From contig MCFE01000179.1 of the NCBI GenBank assembly GCA_002104905.1, positions 78,190-142,189 on the forward strand: 64,000 bases of DNA, written 5' to 3'. Below are positions 26,790-38,669 of this stretch, piece by piece. The number at the start of each line of letters is the position of its first letter. The first letter of the stretch is position 1. The stretch comes from Basidiobolus meristosporus CBS 931.73. Lineage: Eukaryota; Fungi; Basidiobolomycota. The notes beneath the pieces are model-generated. The model saw only the letters and a program-made list of their open reading frames with translations. It was not told where the DNA came from and did no database searches. Both the position numbers and the translations under genes were made by a program.

Positions 26790-27330
26790 TACAACTTAGT
26801 CAATTTCACTCCATTAGAAAATCTAGTACCCTAGCTGATTCTCCCTAACCCAAACATAACTAATCTCTGTTATGGTTTATTTTATCACTTCTCAGAAGCT
26901 ATTTTTAGCTGTCACACCTGATCAATTTTCATGTGGTCATTACAACCTCAACTGATCTGCTAAGCCTTTCCAAAGGATTAGTCATCTGAGATCTATCCAA
27001 TCACTTAGTAGTTACCAAGACATCAGCTGATTAATGATGCAATTTTTCCTTTATCTTATGCACCTATCAACACCCCAACAGATTTCAATTAGTCCAGTCT
27101 CTTGGCGCTTACTAATTCAACTTGATCAGGAAAATATAAATAAAGATTACTGCACCTTTTGGTTTAGCGTTTGTCTCAATGAAATTAAGATTGTACCTCA
27201 GCAAAACTAAGAATTCAGCAATGCTGTGCTAGTTTCCACCCAAGCCTGGCATATCTAGCATTCCAAAAAGCACCAAGCCTAGCCTGCATAACAAACCTAC
27301 TTGGTTGCATTTATAACCCTACTCAACTAT
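26790..27330 (+). pseudogene. Possible highly decayed remnant of the right-end non-LTR RT family
   Basis: Short colinear matches only: AAAATCTAGTACCCTA...TCCCTAACCCAAA (FPNPK region), AGATTGTACCTCAG (RLYLR) and AAGCCTGG (KAW). Confidence 0.35.
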
Positions 27331-27533
27331 ATACAAAACCAATATTAGCCCAGAACTTCTCTGCTAATATTTCTGTTACCCTTGACAATTGTAAGATTCT
27401 GCACTTAGTTATCACTTAGGTTCAGTTCACTCATTCAAGAGCTTTATTACACTCTTCTCTTGGATACAACACCACCCTTACTGGAACAGAGCTTGTTGCA
27501 ATGCTCAAGAAAGCACCCAACCTAAGCACTTTC

Positions 27534-30500
27534 TGTTGTAAAAATTTGTAACCTCACCTAAATATTTACCTAACTTATTCACTTGGATCCTTACCTTCAA
27601 ATCTTAGAAAATACTGACCAAAATCCTTGTTGGGATTTATGTAGAATATTTTCACCCAAATATCAGGTACCTAGAACATGAAAATTCTCAAAGCTGTTCA
27701 AGCAGCCCCAAGCTGTGCACACATGCTCTTGGGACCTTCAAAAGTCTATTCTATGTCTTGGTTATGCCATGACCATGCAAATGTATAAATACTACTTTTA
27801 CATTCAATTGATCATTAAGTGAAAACCACATAATCTGCTTGTTCTCCCAGTCAGTTCCAATATCTCCAAGACTCTTACAGCAGGTTATGAGCCCCAAGCT
27901 GTCACTCTATGCAATGTCTACTACTGCTATTACTGGAATTTTTTCCTTTTCTGAAAAGTTAGATGCATCTAACTACCAAGTGTGAATGGCAAAGATGAAG
28001 ATGCTGCTACAAGAAAGAGGCCTTTAGGATATTGTCAGGGGAGAGGAATGCCCTCCTAAAAACATGGGAGAGGGAGCCTTAAGGTACCAGAAGAAAGAAT
28101 AAAGTGCCTTAAACTGTATTTGCCTTAATGTCAAAGACAAATTGCTAATTCAATGCTCAACAGCAAAACAGCAAAGAATGCCTGGAAGGCATTAGAAGAC
28201 CCTACCAGTCATGTTCAGTTGCCAATAAAATGTATCTTAGACAAAAATTCTTTACTACAAAGATGCTGCCAGGAGAAGAAATGAAAAATCTTACAACAGA
28301 ATTACCCTGCCGGTGGATGAGATGGAATATGTTGGCATACCACTTACTGATGAGGATGTGATAGTAACCATCCTGAATAGCCTTAAAGACAGGCTTCAGG
28401 GTCTTGTATCAGTCCCAGAGTGCAGAACTGTATATTTGACCTTAAATTATATACATGGAAGGCTCCTGAACAAAGAATTCAGAACATCAAGCACCAATAA
28501 GAAGGAAGAAGAAAATGCTTTGATGAGCAATAATAAGCAACAAAGGATATACCTAAGACCTTTCAAGGGCAATAGCAACCTATTTTTCAACTAGTTCAAA
28601 AGGAAAGGACACACCTCAGACTGGTGCCTGATGAAGAAAGATAGTCAGCAGAAAAAGCCTGAACATGGAAGTGCTGCAACAACTGAAGATAGAGTTTTCA
28701 TATCTGCACTACAAGTGATAACAATCAAGGATTCTCAGTTGTGGTATGTTGACTCTGGAGCATCTGAACAGTTTACACACTAAAAAGAAGTTTTTACCAA
28801 ATATCAAGAAATTCCAATTTAGAGGGTTTTCATGGGTGACAATAAAGCACTTGATGCAGTGGGAGAAGGAACTGTCCAAGTAAACCTTAGGAGCAGTGAA
28901 GGAAGCCACACACTAATCTTTAAAGAAGTACTCCATGTACCAGAAATAGTCAAGAACCTACTATCTGTAAGTAAGTCTGCAGCAAAAGGACTCAGTTTCA
29001 ACTTTGACAATTCTTGATGCAGGAACACTGATCAAAATGGTGCTCATATTGCATTGGGTATCAGAGATCAGAATCTGAATAAGTTGACTATATTCCATCA
29101 TATCTGGAAGCCAATCTAAGTAATTTAAATGAAGAAACACCAGTGCTTTAGCACAGGAGTTTAGACAAATCAGTTTTGCTTATTTGCCCAAGTTGATCAT
29201 AGATCTGCTAAATTCTGGAGTAAAAATTGATCCCCCATCTAGTTTGGAGCACTGTGAAGCATGCATATGTGCAAAATAAGCCAGACAACCATTCATAATC
29301 AAAACTAAGAAAAAATTAGATCAAATTCACTCAGATCTGTGTGGGCCTATGTAGAATTTATCATTGGGTAGGATAAATTATTTAATCCCTTTTATAGATG
29401 ATTTTACAAGATACACATGGGTCTACTTCATGGAGAGAAAGGAAGAAGCTCTGTCTAAGCTCAGGGAGTTTATAGCCATGGTTGGATGGAATCAGTTGCC
29501 ACAGCTGTGTACTTAAAAATAGGAGTTATAATATAATACCTCATGATTCTACTCCATTTGAGGCATGGAATGGATACAGACCAAGTGCAGAACATCTAAG
29601 AATACTTGGGTGTATGGCATATGCCAAGAAACTGCCTGTAAATCAGTCAAAATATGGGCCAAAAAGTGTAAAATGCATACTTTTGGGCTACTTCAATCAG
29701 AGTGAAGCATACAAGCTCTACAATACTAAAGTAAAGAAGCTGATCAAGTCCAGCAAAGAGTTGTTTGATGAAAAGTAAGACTTTTACAAAAAATGACTTC
29801 AGATGATGACAGAAATCTGATCTCAAGTACACCAATTGTTATGATTGAGTCAGAGCAAAACAATAAAAATCTTTTCACTCCAGAGGACTCTACAACCGTG
29901 GTTCAGCCTGAAGCAGTGCCCAGGAATATCCCAGAAGTGATTGTTCCAGTATCAAATGCCCAGAGGTCCAACCAGAAAAGAAATAGCAAATTACTCTATC
30001 AATGTGGGTGCAAACTTAGCCTATGCCTATGCAGTCCATATTGATGAGCCCCTGACTATAAAAGAGGCCCTCAATAGCCCTCAGTGAAAGTCTCGGAGAT
30101 CTGCAATGACTGAGGAATATCAGGCCCTAATGGAAAACCAAACTTGGGACCTAGTCAAATTACCAATCAACAAAGAACCAATTGGATGCAGATGGGTCTT
30201 GTGGACAAAATACAAGGGTGATGGTACAGTTAAAATATCTGAAGCAAGACTTGTGGCCAAAGGAAATTCTCAAACAAAAGGACTTGACTATACTGATACC
30301 ATTGCACCAGTAGCCAAGTTTAATTCCATCAGATCAATATTGGCTATTGCAGCCAAATATAAGTTCTTTACTCATCAAATGGATTTAAAAGCTGCATTTT
30401 TGAATGGAGAACTTGATGAGGACGTGTATATGGACCAGCCTGATGGGTTTGCTGACCAAGATAACCCCCATTTGGTCTGCAAGCTTAAAAAGTCCCTATA

Positions 30501-31643
30501 TGGACTCAAACAATCACCAAGAGTCTGGAATTGCAAAATAGATTCTTACTTCAAATCTCTGAGCATCAAAAGAAGTAATGCTGATTATGGTATATATTAT
30601 TAGCCAGATAAAGCCAATCCAGTTCTATTAGCTCTATATGTGGATGATCTTATTACAGCCACCAATAACCTGGAAACAATGGAAGAGACTAGATCCAGTC
30701 TATCTAAAGAGTACAAGATGTCCAATCTAGGCAAACTCATATTGCAGCAATTAAGCAGATTTTTAGATACCTAAAAGGAGCTGCCAGTATCTGCTCAAGA
30801 TACACTTATAAGGATTCAGAGCAGGATCTTGTGGGATACTCTGATGCTGATTGGGGACAGAATTTGGAAGACAGAAGATCCACCACAGGATACACCTTTC
30901 TTCACTGTAAAGGAGGGATTTCATGGAATTCAAGAAAGCAACCAACCATAGGACTTTCCACCACAGAGGCAGAGTATATGGCAGCCTGTGAGGCTACAAA
31001 AGAAGCAATGTGGCTAAGGAAGCTTTTTAAAGGTTTAGGCTTATGTCAAAAGATGCCTGTTACTTTATTTCAGGATAATCAAGGATGTATACAGTTGGGT
31101 AGAAACCCAACTTTTCATGCTAGAACTTAGCACATAGAAATTAGACATCATTTTGTATGCAAAGCTATAGTGAATAACTTGGTTAACTTAGCCCACTGTC
31201 CTTTAGATGAAATGATTGCAGACATATTACCAAACCATCAGCTAGGGACAAGTTTGAATATCTTAGGTCAAAATTAGGACTAGTCAGTATGAGCATTTAG
31301 CTGAGTGGGAGTGTTGTAAGAATTTGGAATTCCACCTAAATATTCACCTAACTTAGTCACTTAGATTATGACCCTCAAATCCTAGAGAATACTGACCAAA
31401 TTCCTTGTTGGGATTTACTTGGAATATTTACCCAGGACATGAAAATTCTCAACGTTGTTCAATCAGTTCCAAGCTTTGCACACATGCTTTTGGGACCTTC
31501 CTAAAGCTATTCTACATGCTTGCTATACTAAAACTATGTAAAAGTATATATACTACTCTTACACTTAATAAATCATAAAGTGAAAACCACATAATCTACT
31601 TGTTCTTCCAATCACTTCCAATATCTCCAAGTCTCTTACAACA
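27534..31643 (+). mobile_element. Ty1/copia LTR retrotransposon copia-3 (family 2), pseudogenised
   Basis: LTRs 27534-27882 and 31312-31643; perfect TSD CTTTC; PBS GGTTATGAGCCCCA 27883-27896; PPT-like GAGTGGGAG. Motifs WYVDSGAS, LYVDD, GYSDADW with many stops. Confidence 0.95.
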
Positions 31644-32000
31644 CTTTCCACCACAGTGGCATAGTATAGAGCAGCCTCTGAGGCTACAAAAGAAGCAATG
31701 CAGCTAAGAAAGCTCTTTACCAAGTTATGTTGTGTGCAAAAGCCCCTGCTGCATTATTTCACAGTATAAAGGATGTATACCATCAGGTGGAAATCCGGCT
31801 TTGGGTACTGGAGTCCACCACAGTGGCATTGGAGATTGCTTCATATGGGAAGCTATTGAGAATAACTTGGTTGAGTTAGCTTACCATCCTGCAGACAAAA
31901 TGAATGCGGACATATCTGCCAAACCATTGGCTAGAGACAAACTTGAATATCTTGGAACACAATGGAGGCTGGGTAATATGAATGTTCAGTCAAGTGGGAG

Positions 32001-32355
32001 TGTTGCAAAATCTCATGGTTGCTCCCAAATATTTGCCAAACTTGGTCACTTGGAACATCACCTACAAATCTTTGAGAATTCCAACCAGATTCCTTGTTGG
32101 AGGCCACTCGGAATGTTTGAACCAAATCATCGGGTACCCAGAGCATGGAATTCCTCAACGTGGTCCAAGCAGCCCAGAACTTTGCACACATGCACTTGGG
32201 ACCTTCCTTGGCATATTCTGCATGGGTTTTTTTTTTTGCCAAGACTGTGTAAAGGTGCGAATACCACTTTTATGTTCAGCAAATGATGAGGTGAGAACCA
32301 CATAATCTACTTGCTCCCCCAACCACTTCCAACATCACCAAAACTGTTACGACCA
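32001..32355 (+). repeat. 3' LTR of the host family-2 copia (retains several CpGs)
   Basis: AGTGGGAG|TGTTGCAAAA start; alignable along its length with 31312-31643 and 27534-27882. Confidence 0.8.
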
Positions 32356-32769
32356 GAGTGACCAGGCAGGGCCCATCACCTATGGGAATATTCATGGCAA
32401 CATTGGCATTGACCAAGGGGAGATGTTGATTATGTGGGTGTTCACCCCATAATATAGTGCGTGCAAAAGTGGCCTTGGTGATTGCGCACAATCTTGGCAA
32501 AAAAAAGGGGGGGTGGGAGATATGTGCCGAAGGGTGTAAAGAGCCTGTGGGCCTTTGGACAGACTTGAGATTCCCCGTGTCTTGGGTATATGCTATTCTG
32601 GTGATATGTCCCTGGCAAACCCAACTCTGACCATGCTGATAAAACCGCCAAAGTCATTTCGAGTGCCAGTGAGCTTGGTAGCAGGGGGGTACTTGGGCAC
32701 CTGGTGTGCTGGGCCATGGGTAATCCGGGCTTGTCGCCAGGCAACAGAGCAGCTGCTGAGATCGGTGCA

Positions 32770-33700
32770 TGTACCCTGAGAGGAAAAAATCAACAAAAGG
32801 CCAGCAGAACGCCATCATAACATCGGCTGAATCCCCAGTTTCTCTAAGCTTACCACTCTCCGCAACTCAGGTACCAGCCATTTGGCAGACAAGCAGACCC
32901 ATTTTTCAGGAGGAGACCAGGCCAACTAGCCTTCCTACCGAATTCGCTGTTCCGCCACCCGCTACTTCCCCCGAAAATCGCAACAAACCATTTGAAGGAA
33001 AAACACCAGCTGAATGCCAGCAGATTGTCCGATGAATTCCAGGTTTGTGATCTTTCGTGGGGCGTGGAGTGGCCGATCCGGACAACGTTGCCCAGATTAT
33101 GAGCCTTAGGTGACAAATTGATCAAAACCAACACGGCACCACCTGGAGCCATGACCAATGGCACGGTGGAATGAGTCTATTGAACGGGAACTTCAGACCA
33201 GGGGTGTTCCGTTCCGGGTAACGCGACATTCTTTACCGATGCCCGCCAGTTTTGTCGTGAGTGGACCTGAGGGGGGTCGGGAGCGATTCGGCCAGAAGTC
33301 GAGATCACCATGTACTCGGAGTTGTGGGGGGGGGGGAGGGGTCCGACCGATTTGTTTGTGACGTGCCCCAAGTGGGAGAGGATGGATTCCTGATCCACTG
33401 AAGGCATTGGGGAAGATCGAGTATTGAGCACGGCCGCGTATGAAGCACAATGCTGCTGGGGAACGGATCGAGCTTCTCCGCCCCAAGGTCTACAAAGAAT
33501 GGGATTCCCTGGCGATAGGTTCCGTGGGGGGGACATGCCTCGAGATGCTTCAAGTCCCCAACCCTGTCTGCCCAGTCAGATCTGGGGAAAATGGCTGGTC
33601 CTCAAATTTGGCATTGGTCCTGGGTGGGGTACACGGATGGCTGGGCGGAGTGGGAGCGTCCCTGACTGACCACCAATCATTCATACAACTTAATACACAC
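32770..33700 (+). pseudogene. Possible degenerate Ty3/gypsy-like gag/protease remnant
   Basis: Broken motifs GL*SF..G...CP (zinc-knuckle-like), MDS*STE (DSG(S/A)T-like) and LVLG..WL. These lie in different frames, so support is weak. Confidence 0.3.
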
Positions 33701-33851
33701 TAGTTGTATGAGCGCCGGTACTACTCGGTTCACAGATGGTATTCCCAGTTGGAGGGAACAGTAGAACCAGATGTGATGGCCAAAAGGCTCGGGAATGGGT
33801 TCTACCATATATTTATTAATGAAGCACGGAGTGAACAGCGTGTGCACATCT

Positions 33852-35657
33852 CTAGTAATGATAATTGACCTTCTGGCCATGTGGTAGATATTTGGCTGGG
33901 TTAAATCCGAATCCTTTGGACGAAAAGAAGCCCGGGGTAAAGAAGCTCTTCGCATTGAAGAATCGGTTCCCACCATCGTGCTCTACGTCAAATGTGGTTT
34001 TGGAATAGTTCTTCACCTCCTCTATTGGGATCTTGAAGTAGTTATCACGTACATACTTCCTAGTGAATTGGGCCGCTTCGTCGATGGTCTTTTTCCATTT
34101 GGCGGGACAGATGGGCGATACGTAGCCTTCATTCTGGTTCAACTGCTCGATGGCGGAAGCATGGCGTGCCTCAGCCTTTCGTACTTTAGACCTGTCGAAA
34201 CCCATCATCTTGATCCATTTTTCCGTTAGTGGTCCTGGTCTGCGGAGCTTGTATTTACTGGGTGAGGTTTTGTCCTCGGCAGCAACCTTTCGAGTGGGCT
34301 CGGTGTAGACATGTTCATTAGGCTCTCCCTCCAAGCCGTGACTGGTAAATAGGTCCTGAACCTTCGAAGAGCTCTCCGATGCAGGGTCCGCCTGTGGCGC
34401 AGAATTGATCTGTGATGAAACCTGGTCATTGGTTACTTCAGGCTGAACTATGGCTGAAGGCTCAAGAGTCGTTTGACCGTTATCGATCTTCCCCTCCAAC
34501 CCTTCTGGCCAATCGAAGTCAACGGTTGAACGACGCTGGAGCACATTTTTGTCCTCTGATTCGACGACTTGTTCCTCTTCGGCATCGCCAAGCGCACTGA
34601 TATTGTCACTAGGTGATTCGGAATACCTGTAGCACAGCTTCTTTGTATCCAACATCTGGCCCACATTCCCGGTGAGTCCGGGAAAACGATCTCTGAGGGA
34701 GCCGTGCTGACCTCCCCAGGTGGTTGGGTAGTCACTAGCAACCTCTGGATGCTGCAACTGCCACCTTTCCCATATCCGATCAACAAAGGCGTGGTGCATC
34801 CAGAAGAACGGGCTAAACAAGATGAATCAATCACTGAGTATTCGTAGGAGATCTGTGGCAAATACTTACTCTTGGGCACTCCAGTGCTCTGACATGTCTC
34901 CACCGATCCCAGTGTGAACATTCCCGTGAGGGTCAACCTCAATCAAGGCCCTTAAGTCTTCGTGCGTCTTGGCCAGTTTAATATCACGATTGATCAGCTC
35001 TGGAGCCACAAAAGGCTCGATCTTGTCTCCGTTACTGAACTCTCTCTTCAGGCACCTTCTAGCGTTGATGGTGGGATCAACGATCGTCCAATTTTGGAAC
35101 GGCCCGTCAATACATCTATCGACTTTGCGACCGTTTCCACCAAACCACGAGAATGCCACGGAGTCTTGCGGATCTTGAGAATCCAGTGACCAGTCCTACG
35201 ATGAAAATGCAAAGCGTTAAGTCATCTAGCGCCGAATGCATCCCAAAGGGATTCCAGAAAGCTTGAGAAACGCTACCCAGTACGGGATGGTGACTTCGGG
35301 GTCGACCTCCCTGATGGCGACCTCGAAATCGTAGAGGAATTTGCGATGCCAAGGGAAAAACATTGGGTTGTTGTGGATCAACTCAAATACTTGTGCATGT
35401 ATATTGGCCACCCTCTCGTAACTCCCACTTCTTTTCATTTTCTGCAAGGCAGTGATGAATTGCTGTCTCTCCTTGTCACTCAACTGGCGGATCTCACGTC
35501 GAGCGCGGATCAAGTCACACTTTGGTAAGGTGAAGCTTTTTCCTGTGGATGCCGGAGTCTTCGCCTGCTGCCTTCCTTGGGCCCCTTGACTATTCACCAC
35601 TTCATTGGAGCAGGTAAGTAGAAGGGTTAGTGCAAAGATAATTGGTATGGTTCGCAT
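33852..35657 (-). CDS. Secreted tyrosinase (type-3 di-copper protein), 3 exons, ~555 aa
   Basis: Exons 35657-35277, 35195-34870 and 34812-33852 (GT-AG, in frame). Signal peptide; CuA H..H..FFPWHR; CuB PHGNVH...DPFFWMHHAFVD. Confidence 0.95.
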
Positions 35658-36241
35658 TGCTAGCTAGGCCCGGGCAAAACCAGAGTGACTGGAGAGAAAG
35701 GGGTTGGGAAGGAGGAGAGGGAGGGAGCGAGGCGACGCCTCCGGAATGAGTCTGGGGTGTTTATATAGCTCCACCCATTCTGAAACTGCCCTCTCCAAGG
35801 CACTTGAGGGATTTATGATCCTATCGAGTGACGCGAGAAGATTATGAAACGTTTCATGACTCCTCATCTTCAACGTGGATAAACTAGCGATCTAGACGAA
35901 ACCTTATGTTACAATTCACTGGCAACGATGCCTTGGTGAGAGGTCGGGCATGACATGCGTACAACCTCTCCCACGACCACAGCATGATCGACGAGTTTGA
36001 AAATCAGAAGACTCACTTCGCATACGGAAGCCTATGGACCTTCCGGATTGGTTTGGCAGGTTCGATGTGGGATATGTGACTTTTGAACACCTATTTAGGA
36101 TCGGCACGTCGCGGTTGGAACAGTGCAGAAGCGCGAGGGATTTATTGGATTCAACAGATGCAACAGATGCAAAATACTCAAATTTACAAGGATAGAGGAT
36201 TCATCTGGATACTGATTGGATGGTGTGCACAGAAGGGAAAT

Positions 36242-36532
36242 CTAAAGCAACTGGTATGTAATCACACTGCCAGCTAGGATAACCACGCCGGCAGAATATG
36301 TGGAACGGTCACCGGAGTTCCCGAGAATCCCCTCCGTAGCGTTTCTAACATTGGAGGGGACCGCACCAATACCCGAGGTCACTCGGTTCCAAATACTAGG
36401 GAGCACTCCTTGAGAAGTGGCCGTTGGGGTTGAGGTGGTGAGGCCAGTGGTGGTGGCGGCCGGCGCGGTTGTCTGGGACAGGCTATCAGATGCCAGTAAA
36501 GTAGCAACCAGGGGGATCCACTGAAGTTTCAT
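36242..36532 (-). CDS. Small secreted Thr-rich, probably GPI-anchored protein (96 aa)
   Basis: MKLQWIPLVATLLA signal-like start, TTAPAATTT tract and hydrophobic C-terminus. Confidence 0.7.
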   Translation of the reverse strand: MKLQWIPLVATLLASDSLSQTTAPAATTTGLTTSTPTATSQGVLPSIWNRVTSGIGAVPSNVRNATEGILGNSGDRSTYSAGVVILAGSVITYQLL

Positions 36533-37820
36533 GATGGAGGCGTATGTTGGAAGTGCCACTGGTTACCGTGCTCTTTTTTATACGCTGTCGTTGCATAAGC
36601 AAGGATGCGCGAAATCGACTCTTCGCATGAGTAAGAGGGTCATGGGTTTGTCACCCAAGCCCAAAATAGCACTTGTTGGATGCAGCAATCAACCATGATG
36701 CAAATGAACAAGCACGTTGGGCCCGCAATATTGATCGTCAATACCGGGGTGTTCCCTATTCTGTGAGCTCACCGTCCTCAGCGAACTTCCATCGTGTCGT
36801 GCACCCAATCACCTGATGGGAATGATCATCAACACGCTGGCTTGGCTGAGCCGAATTTTAGATGAGAGCCACACGAATTCTTGGTGAGAATCGAGTCGCT
36901 CCCAATGCTGACATCAAACAACCAATGAACACTTGGTGGGACAACATTTACAAAGTCTATTGCCGCCCATCAACAAACAGGTCATACGGGTCGATTAGCT
37001 CGGACGCTGGAGCTGGCGGCATCAGGAGCCTCAACCCATGGCTCCGACTTCACTGGATCGCTTGGATTGCAAGATCCGTGCTTTTCGTTCAGCCAACTGA
37101 CTCTTGGCAAAGGCCTGTGATGCGTTTAACTGCTAACCTAGCCATCAGTTGTATCGATTTCATAGCAAGGACTCACCTCACGTAATCTTGGCGCCGGCCG
37201 ATATGAAGCGGGTGTAAGGATCCACACATGAATTACCAATGATGCTAAACTACTATTCTTGTTGTTTCGAGTCAATGCCACATGAGTAACCATGGCCCTG
37301 CGACTGATTGGGAATGCATTTACACAAATTCTCCTACAGATCGTCAATGGGCTTCCTCACAATTCCCGGTGGAGAAATATGCATGCAGCATGACAACTTC
37401 CCCCATACACCATATCGATCGAGATCGGTTTCGAAAGTACGATGTGGTTTTATTTGAACAATGCATACATCTTGAATCTCCACAGCTTTGATAGTTGCAA
37501 GAGCAAGACTGTCAGCTGGGGCAAACACAAACGGATGAAAGCAATATATATTTTCAAACAAGGGAGGCAGTTAAAGGTCCGTATCGGAGCCACTAGGACC
37601 AGCTTCTAGGTTAGCACGACTCCGATAGATCTTCGCAACCTTTGGGTTCATGAGTATATCAAAGTATTTACATGTGATGAGCAAAAGCAATTCGTCGATT
37701 GATTGTAATCGGGCACTTGTCCCGTGTGCATACAGACGCGGTTTGGGAGCATCCGTCGTATGGGTATCTCTCCGAAACATGATGGCGCAAGTGCGTTCCG
37801 AAAGTGCTACACTCCGAGAT

Positions 37821-38669
37821 TTATATGCACAGCGCGGATTTTTTCCGGTCTGGTTGCATCTGCTGGAAGTGTACGGAGTCAGAGGATTCCTTCTTCCCCG
37901 AAGGAGCCAGCTGGAGCGACTTCTCCAGCTCAACGAGTTGACATATTAGACTCATGTTGGGGGATATTGAGCCGCTTCGCGATTTCACATAATCGTAGGC
38001 CTCATTGACTCCTAATCGCTGGGCGCGCATCACATAGGCGATAATAAGGCTGGCAGAACGTGATACGCCAAGCTGGCAGTGGACAAGAATTCCAAGTTTT
38101 TTGGAGCGAGCTTCATCAATGAATGAGAAAGCATCGTGCAGCGACGCTAGAATGTTCTCTTCGTTATGGCCCCAGGCGAGATTTTTGTATCGAAGCGTCC
38201 TGGATGAAGTCTCGGAGGGTTTATGGTCCATATCTAGTTGGATTGTATGTGATACTATTGAAGGAGTAGTGGGTGAAGCTATCCCATTGATGTACGGGGA
38301 ATGGGTCTCTTTCGCCACGTTGAGGATGTAATGAATATTATTTGCAACCAGCATCTCCTTGTCTTGGGCATTCTTCTCGCAACCAAGAAACAGGTAGGGT
38401 AAAACGCAGGCCGGGCCAGATTCGTAGGAGCTCTTTTTGCACGGGCTGACATCGTCCTCGGACAATTGCACGTCAGTGAACCGCTGTGCGATCGAGGTCA
38501 TCGGTGTTTTCGGGCATGGCCCGCCTGTCGCATCGTTTAAGCCACAGCCGTTAGGGACAACAAGAGAAAGATTCTTCGAGTTTCTTTTCTTGCTTGACAA
38601 CGAGCGTTTCTCTGCGAGTGAAGGGAACGAAGAGTGGGAAAGAGCACGATTAGAGAAAGCGAGAGTCAT
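37821..38669 (-). CDS. Dual-specificity protein phosphatase (MAPK-phosphatase-like), 282 aa
   Basis: GPACVLPYLFLG, ILNVA and the catalytic VHCQLGVSRSASLIIAYVM signature. Confidence 0.93.
   Translation of the reverse strand: MTLAFSNRALSHSSFPSLAEKRSLSSKKRNSKNLSLVVPNGCGLNDATGGPCPKTPMTSIAQRFTDVQLSEDDVSPCKKSSYESGPACVLPYLFLGCEKNAQDKEMLVANNIHYILNVAKETHSPYINGIASPTTPSIVSHTIQLDMDHKPSETSSRTLRYKNLAWGHNEENILASLHDAFSFIDEARSKKLGILVHCQLGVSRSASLIIAYVMRAQRLGVNEAYDYVKSRSGSISPNMSLICQLVELEKSLQLAPSGKKESSDSVHFQQMQPDRKKSALCI

Larger units (their letters stand above)
1..32355. other. CpG-depleted, repeat-dense (likely heterochromatic) transposon graveyard
   Basis: CG dinucleotides are nearly absent until ~32.0 kb. 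Every recognisable ORF is a disrupted TE fragment, and many stops derive from transitions (CGA>TGA, CAA>TAA, TGG>TGA). Confidence 0.85.
25290..32355 (+). mobile_element. Older, heavily decayed copia family-2 element hosting the copia-3 insertion
   Basis: 25290-25640 matches 28980-29300 (shared TATATTCCATCATATCTGGA) and 26620-26760 matches 30740-30890. RNase H continues across the insertion (27500-27533 | 31644-32000); own PPT and 3' LTR at 32001-32355. Confidence 0.7.
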
